From assembly GCF_018350175.1 (NCBI RefSeq), contig NC_058368.1, forward strand, positions 152,460,001-152,524,000: a stretch of DNA of 64,000 nt, in the 5' to 3' direction. Below are positions 35,241-47,300 of this stretch, in pieces. The position numbers were made by a program, and so were the translations under genes. The DNA is from Felis catus (lineage: Eukaryota). The notes below the pieces were generated by a model, which made no database searches, had not been told where the DNA came from, and was given only the letters and a program-made list of their open reading frames with translations. Each line of letters starts with the position of its first letter. Within the stretch, counting starts at the first letter, position 1.

Positions 35241-36967
35241 CAAGTATAATCTATTTTTCCCAAAACCAAATAAGTAGATAGGATAGATATTACATTTTCT
35301 AATTGCTTTAAATCTTTCCCAGTTTTTATCTTTTAAATCTTTGCTATAGCAGTGAAACCAACCAATTAGATTTGAAGGGTTCTTCATACAAAATTTTAGA
35401 ACCCAAATCTTGCTTTTTTTTCCCCCTTTGAGGGAGTTATGTTGTTTTTTATTGCCAATGTTGAACAATGTTCCACCATCCCTTAGGACTTAGATTAATA
35501 ACAATTATCTCCCAGCAAGACTGGTATAGAAAAGGTCCCCTGGAAAGTTTAGTTTAGGGCCAGCTATTTCAGATTTAATTGAACACTTTATCTTAACATA
35601 AAATGAAAAAAGAAAACAGACCTTGCTTAAAATATGGTTAAATCTACCTGGTTGGCAGGGACTTTCAATGAATGAACTTTCAAGACAATGCATATTTTCT
35701 AGCAAAAGACTGCTCCTCAGTAGGACAACCCCAAATCTTTAACCTGCTGTTAAATTTAAGGAGGTCTTCAATGATACAGAATATGATTTGGAAATATTTT
35801 TATCACTTAGCATTTAGCTGATATATGTAGAGTGATTTTTACTCTAAAGAGCCATCCATCAGGAGTAGGCTTGCATCAGTTAAGTTGCCAGAATTTATGT
35901 TCTACAACAGTACACGTTTCCTAGCTGTCAGGCTTACATAGACCTTTTGGAAGACCTTGGGGATATAGTCTATCGTAACGCCATACAGTGAAAATGATCG
36001 CTCTTTTCAGAGAACACAGTGGTGTGCTGGACAAATGTTACAAGCATATTAAAAGCAGAAATGTCGGACTCCAGGGATTCCATTAAGTATCCTTATTTCT
36101 TTCATTACAGAATAAAAACCCACTTTAAAATATTTTTAATTAAGTATAAGATGAAAGTAACCCTGCTGATCTTTGATTCTATAAAATGTCAGTAATCTTC
36201 CTAAAATTATCATATAATGAAAAAATATCTTACATATTCTCAGACTAGCACAAGACATACAGGTTTCCAGGGTTCTGAAGGAAAGGATAATTTGGGTTTT
36301 TGTAGGCAGATAATATTATTAATAATTTACTTAATAGAGCACACCTCACAGAGGTAACTCGAATGTAAATATATTATCTCAGATAAAAGATTTGATTTCA
36401 CTAGTTTTATATTTAACTTGGCAAACTTTCAGTCTTAGATGCTTTCAATGAATGCTTTAACTGTAGGACAACAGATACTGAACACAGAATCAGGAAATGT
36501 AAACAAATGATCTATTTCAACTGGATATGGGTGAACCTAGCCTGCTTAACTAACCACGATCTCCAAGACCTAACTAAACTGTCATCCACATGACTGCCAT
36601 GCTGCATTCCAAGAATTCCTGCTTGCAACCCAAATCCTGAACAATTCACCATTCTGCTATTAAAATGACCTTTACTGACCCCTTCTCTAACACATGCACC
36701 TCCACTGAGACCTAGAAGAGCTTTGCTTTAGAGTATCATGTCCAATCCATAAACCCTCCTCCTCTCCAGCTTGATGTCTCAAAGACCCTCCCACACATAC
36801 TCTTACCAACCAAACTCCTAAACCCAAGCTTCCTTCCTTTCCCTACTAAGAATTTAAGAGTTCTTTCTTCATTCAAGCAATTCTCCCTCCCCCAATCTTT
36901 TCCACAAAGGCAAATTGGAAAAAAATGTTCTAAATTTTACTCTCAAATTGACAGTTTTTAAAAACAA

Positions 36968-37183
36968 ATTTTTTTTAATATTTATTTTTCAGGGAGAGAG
37001 AGAGAGAGAGAGAGAGAGACCGAGCACGAGTGGGGGAGGGGCAGAGAGAGAGGGAGGCAGACACCAAAGCAGTCTCCAGGCTCTGAGCTGTCAGCAAAGA
37101 GCCTGACACAGGGGGTCAAACCTATGAATCATGAGATCATGACCTGAGGTTGGACACTTAATGGAATAAGCCACCCAGGCGCC
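36968..37183 (-). mobile_element. CanSINE
   Basis: (GA)n, ends GCCACCCAGGCGCC; near-TSD ACTCTCAAA(T/A)TGACA. Confidence 0.92.
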
Positions 37184-38054
37184 ACTCTCAAAATGACAAT
37201 GCTTTGAGTCTTCACTACTCAACATGTACTTTCTCAATAAGTATTTGCTTAAGATTGTATTTTCGATTAATATGTTTCTTTCCCAAACATCTAGTTTTTC
37301 AATGCGCTGCCCTATAACTATCAACTAAGATTATTAGCTTCTAGAGGTATGGCACCAAACACTAACTCCCAAGGAATAACACATAATAAAATGAATGCCA
37401 TGCTAGATTAAGCATACACGTTTAATCAATGCTTTTGCTACTGAGCTTCTGAATTCCAGATTCTTTTAGTTTTGTATTTTTTAAAGTGTGATCCTTTATA
37501 CCTTGAGATACTCCATAAAAGTTACTGTAAGAAGAAAGTATAATCTAGTAGTTTTGAATAGACCTGGAGTCAGAAAAAGCTTAGGACCAAATTCTAATTC
37601 CAATTTCTGTTACCTGGAACAAATAACTTAAACTCCGTAAGCTTTTGGCTTTCTTGTGTGTAGAATAAAGTCAATCTAATAGTATCTATCCCAGAAGTTT
37701 ATTAAGATTAAAATTTATAATATATGTACATACCTATGTGTGTCTGGAACACAGCAGCATTTAATGTTACTAAATTTTTGAAAAGACATTTCCTTTATAA
37801 AACTTAGCTGCACAGCATAAATATTCATGTGAAAAAAAAAACTTTTATTTCTATAGTTTCTTCTAAGTGTAAAGGAAAACACATCATCTTCTCTAAATTA
37901 ACAATGGTAACTATCCTCAGAGATCAAGTATCCAGATCTCAGACTTTGCCTAAGCCAGTTTTGAACACCTTTTGCCCCAAACATAAATGACAGTCTCCCT
38001 CAACCCCCTACACTAATAACCTAGTTCCAATGATAAAAAATATATACGGCCAAT

Positions 38055-38605
38055 TGTGCTGGTTATTAAGCTATCTTTTCTCCATAGCTCCAAACCACAA
38101 TTCTATACTTAACTACAAAATACAGGGGTTGGACCTCTGTAAACGACAGTTCTCCTTTGCTAGCTGAATTTTTCTTGGGCTTCACTAGGGAGGACTAGAA
38201 GAGTGAAAAAGAAAGGCAGCAGGGGAAAGAATCCTGCTGTTTCCTGTTTGCTTATTGTTCCTATCCGCATGTCCAGGGCAAAAATTCATCATTCCAGTGG
38301 CAGCACTTGGTTCCAGCCTCCAGCTTCTTCTCATCATTACCCAATACTGACAATACCCTTTCCTCAAATGTCCCCAAGTCCCTGCTCTATAGAACCTTTC
38401 CTCCAAGCTTCTAGTTTCTGGCAATCTCAACCTCTATCTTCCATTCCTTCAGCTCGACATGGTACTTGCTTTCTATAGTTATCTATGTCAGTGTTCCCTT
38501 TCTGAGTTTTTTGTTCTCCAGTATCAAATTAACCTATTCCTCTTACTACACTATTAAAACATCTAGTTGTACTGTTCCTCTTGTCTGAAATCTGACATTG
38601 ATATT
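38055..38605. mobile_element. Old ERVL LTR relic (LTR33/LTR41-like)
   Basis: TGTGCTGG start, GGCAGCACTTGGTTCCAGCCTCCAGC core, ATTAAA and a pyrimidine-rich end. Confidence 0.45.
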
Positions 38606-38929
38606 ATTCAGAAGGGTGGGGATAGGAGTTAAAAAAAAAATTCTTTTATCCTTTATTTTATATAACATCTTTATGCATTACTTATGTAATTTTTAAAAAA
38701 TTCTTTTGCCTTCTTCACACTGGTGTTCAAAACATTGTAATCTTTTTAAAGAAGACACCACTAGTAAATCCCCCAGAAAATTTATTTCCAGAGACTAACT
38801 AGTATCAGAAAGATGGCTTTTGAAGTTGAAGCCATTAGCCACTCAACTGGATAATCTACTTACTGTGGTGTTTGCTGATGTAAGGCCATTAACACAGGCA
38901 CATCAACTCAATTTTAAAGTCTTCCATTA

Positions 38930-39122
38930 GGAGTGCCTGAGGGGCTCAGTTGGTTAGGTGCCTGCCTCTTGATTTTGGCTCAGGTCATGATATCACCATT
39001 CATGAGTTCAAGTCCCACTTCGGGCTCTGGGTTCCATGCTGTGAGCATAGACTGCTTGGGATTCTCTCTCTGCCTTTCTCGTACTCACTCTGTATCAAAA
39101 TAAATAAACTTTAAAAAAAATG
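38930..39122 (+). mobile_element. CanSINE
   Basis: GGAGTGCCTGAGGGGCTCAGTTGG head; TSD AAGTCTTCCATTAG. Confidence 0.92.
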
Positions 39123-40879
39123 AAGTCTTCCATTAGAAGTACTGTATGGATTTTCTGCAGCAAAGAATTCAATAAGCCTAGCACAGTACCCATCATTTAC
39201 TAAGTGCATAACAAGTATGTTTATTTCCTCCACATCTCAAAAACTTACCACCACTCTAACCTAAGGGTTGCTAATAGGCACATACTTTAGAGAACAGGCT
39301 CATTAGCTTGTAACAAAGATGAAGGAAAAGACCTTAGCTGACAAATCCCAAACTATCAAGGCCAGAACAGCAATTAAGCAGGCAAGTTTAGCAAAAACAA
39401 GTATTTTTATACATCACAAAATGCCATCTCATGAGAAATATGACAATAAATATGATAAATGAGATGAATATCTACCTCCACTTCCTTCTTTCTTAAAGCA
39501 AATTCACTCTTTTCTTTTTATTCCCACCTCTACTAGCCATTTTATTGGCCTTTCAACTCTATAGTTACTCTTAACAGTGAAAAAATTATCCACACCCTTC
39601 TGCAGGAGAAAACTTCCACAAACATGACGAACTAAGGTGGGCACTCTTCCCTCAACCCACAGTAAGAAGGGAAGAAACAAAACTGCTGGTATTCCAAAGA
39701 ATAAGTATTTATATTAAGAACAAAGGAGTTATCTTAGTAAGTGACAAAAAGTAGCTTGGATTATTTGTTCTAATAAAGTGGCAGAAGACAAGCAAGACTA
39801 GATTTATTTTTATGTGTTTTACTCTTCACTTTTATTTTTTAATTTCCTGGAAATCAACATATTTTGTGATCAAGACATAGAAGGCAATTCATCAATAAGG
39901 GTGATAAAATTTTTTTTAATTTCAAAGAATATTTGTTGCCCTGGATATTGTTACTACTGTGAGCATTGATTTCATATTCAAAATTAAATTTTAATATGGT
40001 AAGCAATTATCTTACTTTCTAGTTAACTATTTGAAGTGTCACCACTGTTATATTATTCCGTACTGATTTGTTTGTTAAATTTCTAGTGGGTAACTCTTTA
40101 TGGAATACTCTAGGAAGCTCATAATATTTCAAGTGCATCAAATTATTACTGTACTTTAAATTTAAAGCAAGAAATCTAAAGAAAGGTCACTGAAATAGAC
40201 AACTTTCTTCCAGAGAGACCCTACCAGCAGGAACCAGATAATTAGTGAAGGATCAGAATGGGTACCAATTCCCTACAACCTATCTCCCATTACCACTTGT
40301 CTCCCCCCTAACATACATTTCTACAAGGCAGAAGAGCCCACCAATACCTGGAAAGTCTGTCTCTACTGTTTCCTGCTAAATCACAAAATGTTCCTTTATA
40401 CAGGTAAAACATAATCTTAAATATTTCTGTGGCTTAGTTTTCTATTTTCATCATTGTGACGTTTAACTGAGTGATAATTATCTTAACAGATCACAATTCC
40501 AAAATTTAAATCTTTCATTTTGTCAAGAAATCAGACGATTCAAACTGTACTCAATTAGTTTAAGGAAATATCCAGATTCAACTGTCACAACTTACGTTAA
40601 GACACGAGAAGTGCTATCGAACGTAATACATGAGGATAAATGGGTCTATATGCACACTTTTTCCTTCCAAACTGCAAGACATGACTCTTAAAAAAGGAAT
40701 TATGCGTGTATTGAGTCATCATCCTGTATTGAAATATAAAATGTCAAACCTGTAATGGAAAAATGTGCTATTCTGTTGCTATTTGTATTTCAATTTTTTT
40801 TTCTGACACTAGTAGTTCAAAGAGAAAAGATTTAAGAAACATACTATTGAGCGTTAACAGACACTCGGAATCAAAATAA

Positions 40880-40954
40880 AACAGAAAATTTACCATACTT
40901 TAAAGTACTACTAAAATAAAGACTTTATTAATGAAAGTCTGCATAATGTGTACA
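40880..40954 (-). terminator. Likely CETN3 cleavage/polyadenylation signal
   Basis: AATAAA on the minus strand at 40924-40929, about 350 nt after the stop. A TGTA lies upstream (TGTACA 40949-40954) and a U-rich tract downstream (TTTATTTT...TTTTCTGTTTTATTTTG). Confidence 0.7.
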
Positions 40955-41028
40955 TCAAAACAAAAGTGACTACTGATGCCGAATAAAAAACTTTCAGAGA
41001 ATGTGTACCACGTGATTCAATTTTTTAA

Positions 41029-41030
<2 letters not shown>

Positions 41031-41059
<29 letters not shown>

Positions 41060-41062
41060 AAA
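41031..41062. repeat. TTTT(AT)12AAAA palindromic microsatellite in the CETN3 3'UTR
   Basis: Read directly; lies between the stop codon and the poly(A) signal. Confidence 0.95.
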
Positions 41063-41278
41063 GCTATATTATAAATACAAAGCTAAACTATTAGAGTGCT
41101 AACAATACTGCTCATACAAAGAAAATTAACAGTAGTAAAATATGAATACATAAGACACTTATTTTTGGTCCTTTTGGAAAAAGAGAACTAAGTTGGGTTT
41201 CTTTTTAACACGGCTCCAGCACAAAAATAGAATATGAGATGTAACTGCAACATTCTTAGTGTTTATCCTTGTAATTCT

Positions 41279-41322
41279 TTAAATGTCACCCGTCATAATA
41301 GCAATGAACTCCTCTTGATTTA
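41279..41322 (-). CDS. CETN3: CETN3 coding exon 5 ([14 protein letters not shown])
   Basis: Acceptor TTTTCTTTCTTACTGCAG|TA AAT CAA GAG GAG; TAA stop at 41281-41279. Confidence 0.97.
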
Positions 41323-44300
41323 CTGCAGTAAGAAAGAAAATATAAGTCAGAAATACAAATTTTTCACAGGACAATTGTACTATTTTATACTAAGTATTTT
41401 TAAATTTTGTATTATACAAAATTGTTAATAAATTAAGACATATTATTTTGCTTTTACTTCTTTGATAGGAAGTTGACCATGTTTATTAAGTAGAACCTCA
41501 TGAATACAAAAATACATAATGTGATAAACAATATGAATATAATATTAATGACAGAAAAGACATTTAAGTTACAAAAAAGTCTATCATAATGACAACATTT
41601 ACATACACTAGCAAAAATAGTTTTAAAGCTTGAAATTTTAAATTTTTTAAATGGTTAAAGCCTCTTTATAATCTTTATTCTATGAGTTCATTTAGCAATC
41701 CCTTCCTTCATAAGTTTAAATCTATCATACATGTACATTAGAATTCTAAAGGAAGAAAATATAGAATTTTTTAAAAAGTCAAATTGTTGTTTGATTTTTT
41801 ATATATTTAAAAGCCACTTAAAACATTTGAAAACATCTAGAGTAATAGTAATTTTAAAGGATACAAATTTAGTCTTAATTAGCTAGATAATACAGCAACT
41901 ATAAAATATAGATGTAAATGCAGAAACCATCACTCATAAAGAGAAAATGTTACCAAAACTATAAATAAAATTCAGTAAGAACCTACAGTTTATAAAGCAT
42001 CATATTTAAGAAGGCAACCTAGAAATAAATAATAATCTTATTAAATATAATTTTTAAAACCAATATATACAAATATACACAATTACTAACAGAAATGTTC
42101 AGAAAAGAATGCTCCCTCTTTGTAAAACCGGTGATTTCATGGGGTGCAAAACAACACATACCTTAACAAAACACTGGTTATGAATGATCATTTTGATAAT
42201 AATAATAACACTGAGGAAAAGAAAGATCTGGATTCCAGTCATATCTCTGATACAGAACAGTTCTGTGTCTTAATTTTTTCATCTTTAAATACTGAACTAC
42301 AAGATTATCTTTTTAGGTTGTTTCTACATGGTAATATATGAAAACATTCCAATGACTCAAACATTTTTAATTGCCTAGTGAATGCCTACACCATCCTAAG
42401 AGTTGTGTAATATACCAAAACAGACACCAGGGTTCCTAATCTACAGTATCTTGAAATTTAAGTGAAGAAGATATTAGGTAATATAAAATTATTTTTAGTT
42501 TTCTTAGGAGTAACAATGGTATCACAATTTTGAAAAACAATATCCTTATTCTTAGCAGATGCATGCTAAAATGTGAGGGAGGTCAAGTTCAGGACGTATT
42601 TTTCAAATGATCCAGAAAAAAAATACACACTACGGACAATGCAAATACAGTAAAATGTTAACTGCTGAATCTAGGTAGAAGGGGTAGAAGGTATAAAGGT
42701 GTGTATTGTACTAAACTAATGTTTTTTCCCTCTATGAGAAAATTCATAATGAAAAGTTAGAAAAATATTAACCAATTAAAACACATTGAGGAGATGAAAT
42801 ATGTACATCAGGAATGAAAAAAATACACTGGTTCCAGTTTTAATAACAGTGTAAGTCATGTTTCATACCAGAAACAGAGAACTGCTGTATAAGACAAAAC
42901 ATGATCTATTATTAAAATAATACACATATCTATGTTGAAAAAAATTCCATCATAATGGGAAAAATCATTACTTCTGAGAAAAACTTAGGCAAGAATAATT
43001 CTTGATTTGTGCTCTAAAATAAAACATAAGATTTGGTTTGACAGGAAGTGGAAAGAAAGCTAAGGTATGAGAATACCTTCAGCAACATAGTTAAAAAAAG
43101 AAAATAGTGCAAAAATAAGCTCTAAGAAGTTAAGAAGAGTAAGTTGGCCAGAAGCTGGTAATGAACCATGAATCCATGCATTTCAATACTAAACATCTGC
43201 AAGACATTATGACACAGTAGAACACATAACCTGTAATATTTTCAATGATCTTACAAATTCTAGTAGTGATCTTTGACTTTCGTATAGCTTCATAACTTTC
43301 TCCATCAATCATATATTGAGTTTCTATACTAATAAATCTAGCACAATGCCCACCTTTAAATAGGCATCTGATAAAATATTTATTGAATCAAACAAATATA
43401 ACAATTTTCTCCTACACTGCCTCTTTATTTTATTTTCCATGTTTATTTTTGAGAGAGAGAGAGAGAGCAAGTGAGCATGAGCAGGGAGGGACAGACAGAG
43501 AGGGAGTCACAGAAGTCGAAGCAGGCTACATACAGGCTCTGAGCTGTCAGCACAGAGCCCAACACAGGGCTTGAACTCACAAACCCCACAAACCGTGAGA
43601 TCATGACCTGAGCAGAAGTCGGACGCTCAACTGACTGAGCCACCCAGGCGCCCCTCCTACACTATCTCTTTAAACAAAATTTTCATAAATCAATCACTTC
43701 ATTGGGTTAATCTTATTACAGGTATTTTAAATAAAGAATTTATTACCTAATAAAGATAAATTATCTACAAATTAAGTAGATTAAGTACCTTAGAGACTAC
43801 CTGGCTTTAGAGGAAATTTTTAGCAAAATTTAGACAAATTTTAGCATATGAAGTGACAGTTGAGTATTTTATTGAATATTGAGTACTGAATATTTTATAT
43901 ACTAAAATAGCATGTAATTTTTTAAACTCCATAAACATAGAAACCTAATTTTATTTTTTAGCATAAGAGGTAACACAGTGTTATGGATAAAAGCATAAAC
44001 AGGTTATAAATCTCTCAGAGTGTTAGTTTCTTCATTTATAGATACATCCATCTATCCTATGCATTAATATAGATAATACTATATTTACTTCACAAAAGCC
44101 ATTATGAAAATTAAGTGACATAATACAAAATGTAAATGCCAAGCACAGAATCTAACAAGTATTAACTACTAAATAAGTGTTAATACTTATCATAATTATT
44201 TAAAAGATGGTCCACTTTGGGTTTTTAAATGTTGATTTTTCCAAAAATATTTACTGTATTTTACAGATCTTAGGAGTGATAATTGGGAAAGCATTCTTTC

Positions 44301-47300
44301 TGTATCATTAGCACAGCTCTATTTAGATCTTGCATTATATCTTCTTTTCCTTTAACTCCTTCACCATATTTATTATTCTAAATACACAATAAACATTTCA
44401 TTTTCACTGCTCCTAAATACTGAAGTATGAAAAATTCATAAAGACAGAAGAATTACCAGAGTCTACAAAAAAAGACAGCAAGTATTATGATCTTTACTAA
44501 TTTAACATATACAAAGAAAACAGGTTATATTTAAACAAAACTGCAGCCAAAAGAATCCAAATTAATCAAATTAACAAGTTTTTCTAAAATGCCACTCATA
44601 CTTTTTCCAAAATAGGCAGGTTTTCGTACAGCTACAGAGACCCATGTAAGTTAAGGCAATATCCCAAAGCTAGACTAAAAATGGATTACAGTTCATTGTT
44701 TCTGAATATGAAAATGTCTTTCAACAATGATTTCCTGGACTTGCCACAATAATAGTTAAATTTAGTACATCTTGCTTGAGAAACAGATAATATAAAATAG
44801 CTACTATGAATTCTGAAAAAGAGTATTCATCAATTACAAGAGCATTTATAGATATAAATAAAAAACAGTAGTATATGTATGCATGTGCAAGACTATTATT
44901 CATATGGTCAAAGACAATATTTGATGCATACACCTAGACCCCATGTAATACTTCAGAAGTCCCTCACCCCCCAGAAATTCAAATCCCAGACTGGATACTA
45001 GATTAGATGAATTTAACATGTTAAGAACACCTTCCTCCACTTGCATAAAAAACAAATCTTAACAATAAAAGATTATGCACCACTGTATTATATTTGTAAC
45101 CAATATCTTAGAAAAAAAAAGAAAAAATGTTACTTGCCTGTTAGTCATTTAAACAAATGACAGTAGGATGCCCAAGCAACAGTTATACAGTGACTTAAAG
45201 TTAGCATTGAGAACCAAAGTAATGTTTTAAGTAAGTACGCACTAAAATCTTCAAGTAATGTGGCTTGAACTCTTGAGTTTCAAAAGCAACAAACAGAGCG
45301 GACCAACAAGAGATGCAAGAAACTTCTATGCAAAGTTTCGCATTGTTTAAATTTAAGAGGCAGCTTCATAATTAATATTTTCCTTTAATGTCAAATTAAG
45401 CCAATACCAAAACCTAATTTGCATGTGCCTAACACAGGAAAAGAAAATAACTCTAATCTTTTGACACAGGTAGTAGCCGTTACTGACGATTTATGAAATA
45501 GACATACCAAGATTTTCTATGCTACTTAAGATAGTACCCTCATAAAACAGAGCTGCTTTGAAATTAGTTTAGGGTAACAGCCAAGAGCTTGGTAAGACAC
45601 AAAAATTTTTTAAATATGAAGGCAGTGGATACTATCTTTGTTTTAAAAACCATCTTTTTTTTAAAATATAAACAGGGGCACTTGGGTGGCTGAGTCCGTT
45701 AAGCATCCAACTTCGGCTCAGGTCATGATCTCACGGTTCCTGAGTTTGAGCCCCATGTTGGGCTCTATGCTGACAGTTCATAGCCTGGAGCCTGCTTTAG
45801 ATTCTGGGTCTCCCTCTCTCTCTGTCCCTCCCCCACCTCTCTCTCTCTCTCTCTCAAAAATAAACATTGAAAAATAATTAGACTCTTAAATACAGAGAAC
45901 TGAGGGTTGCTGAGGGGATGGGGGAGAGGGGAAAATGGGTGATGGGCACTGAGGACACTTGTTGGGATGTGCACTGGGTGTTGTGTGTAAGCAATGAGCC
46001 ATGGGAATCTACCCCGAAAACCAAGAGCACACTGTGCATGCTGTATGTTAGCCAATTTGACAATAAATTATATTTTAAATAAATAAATAAATAAATAAAT
46101 ATAAATCTATCAATACCCTTCAAAGAACTAGTATTAAAAAAATAGTTTTATATTCCTCGAATAATATTTACATAAATATGAGAAAGTATAATACACAACT
46201 CTAAAGTACAATCTACAAACCTGAACTTATAGCTAGTCTTACCTCCTTATTAAAGCATGACAGTATTGCCAAAGTAAAGTGTGCATTATTTACATATTTA
46301 TGTATGTATGTATAGGTGATACTCTATCAACATGTATCTACTGTAATACACACTCCTGCGTCAGGGCTTTAAATCAACCAACGTCAGAGCACTCACTGTG
46401 TTCAAGAAAATGCAGGAGAATATAAAGATGAGTAAAGATACAAAAAAAGGAAAACAAGTTTCCATTTAGTAATAGGCACCTTCAAATATCTTCCTTTAAA
46501 TACTTACAACCACCTGGAAGGTATTACCATTCTCACTTTAATAAATGGGAAACCACGACTCAGAAAACACTGAAAACTTGCACAACATTACAGAGCAACT
46601 ATGTAAGTGGCAGAGATTCAATTCAAATCCAGATCTGTAGGTTTCCAAAGCCTCAGGCCTTTCACCCTATAGGATTCCATACTGCTCTTAAGGAACTTAC
46701 AATATACTGGAGAGTTACACATGTAAATACCTAACAGAAGGCATTGTACAGAACTGTCAAAATACCGTGTTCCTCTAAATGCTATGGACCCTCAATGGCA
46801 GTCTCCATAACTCATACAGAGGCCACCAGAGGAGGCTTGAGAAAATGGAACTTTAAAATGAATGAGAGAGAAAGACTAACATTTTAGCAGACAGAAACTG
46901 GCAATTAGAATATTCTAGGATTAAGGAATGGCATGGCATAAAAAAGTGTTTTCAGGGTAGAATATATTTGGTCAAGGCATGTATGTATGGGAGGTGAAAG
47001 TTAAAGCAGGACACTGAAGAGCTCAGTAGGAAATAAAACTGGATAGTTAGGGCAGAATCTATCTTAGAGAGCTTTGAAATTTACTCTGTAGGTAGTGAAG
47101 AATCATTCGGTGTTCGAAGAGAGGAATGACATCATCAAACCTGTATTTTAAGAAAAGAATGTTATCAAGAAACTAAATTAGAGGGTAGAGGCTCATAGGC
47201 ATAGAGGGCAATTAGGAGGGTAAAGGGACTGTAGAGTCAGTGAGGGCAGAAACCACATCTGCCTTCCTCATTGTGTAGCAGCACCAGATTGCGCATAAGG

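Noticed and set aside
46440..46510. Minus-strand segment reading [11 protein letters not shown], loosely like my unverified memory of a human CETN3 alternative exon
   Set aside because: An in-frame TGA precedes it, I see no good splice sites, and the comparison rests on recall. It would need alignment to human CETN3 isoforms.
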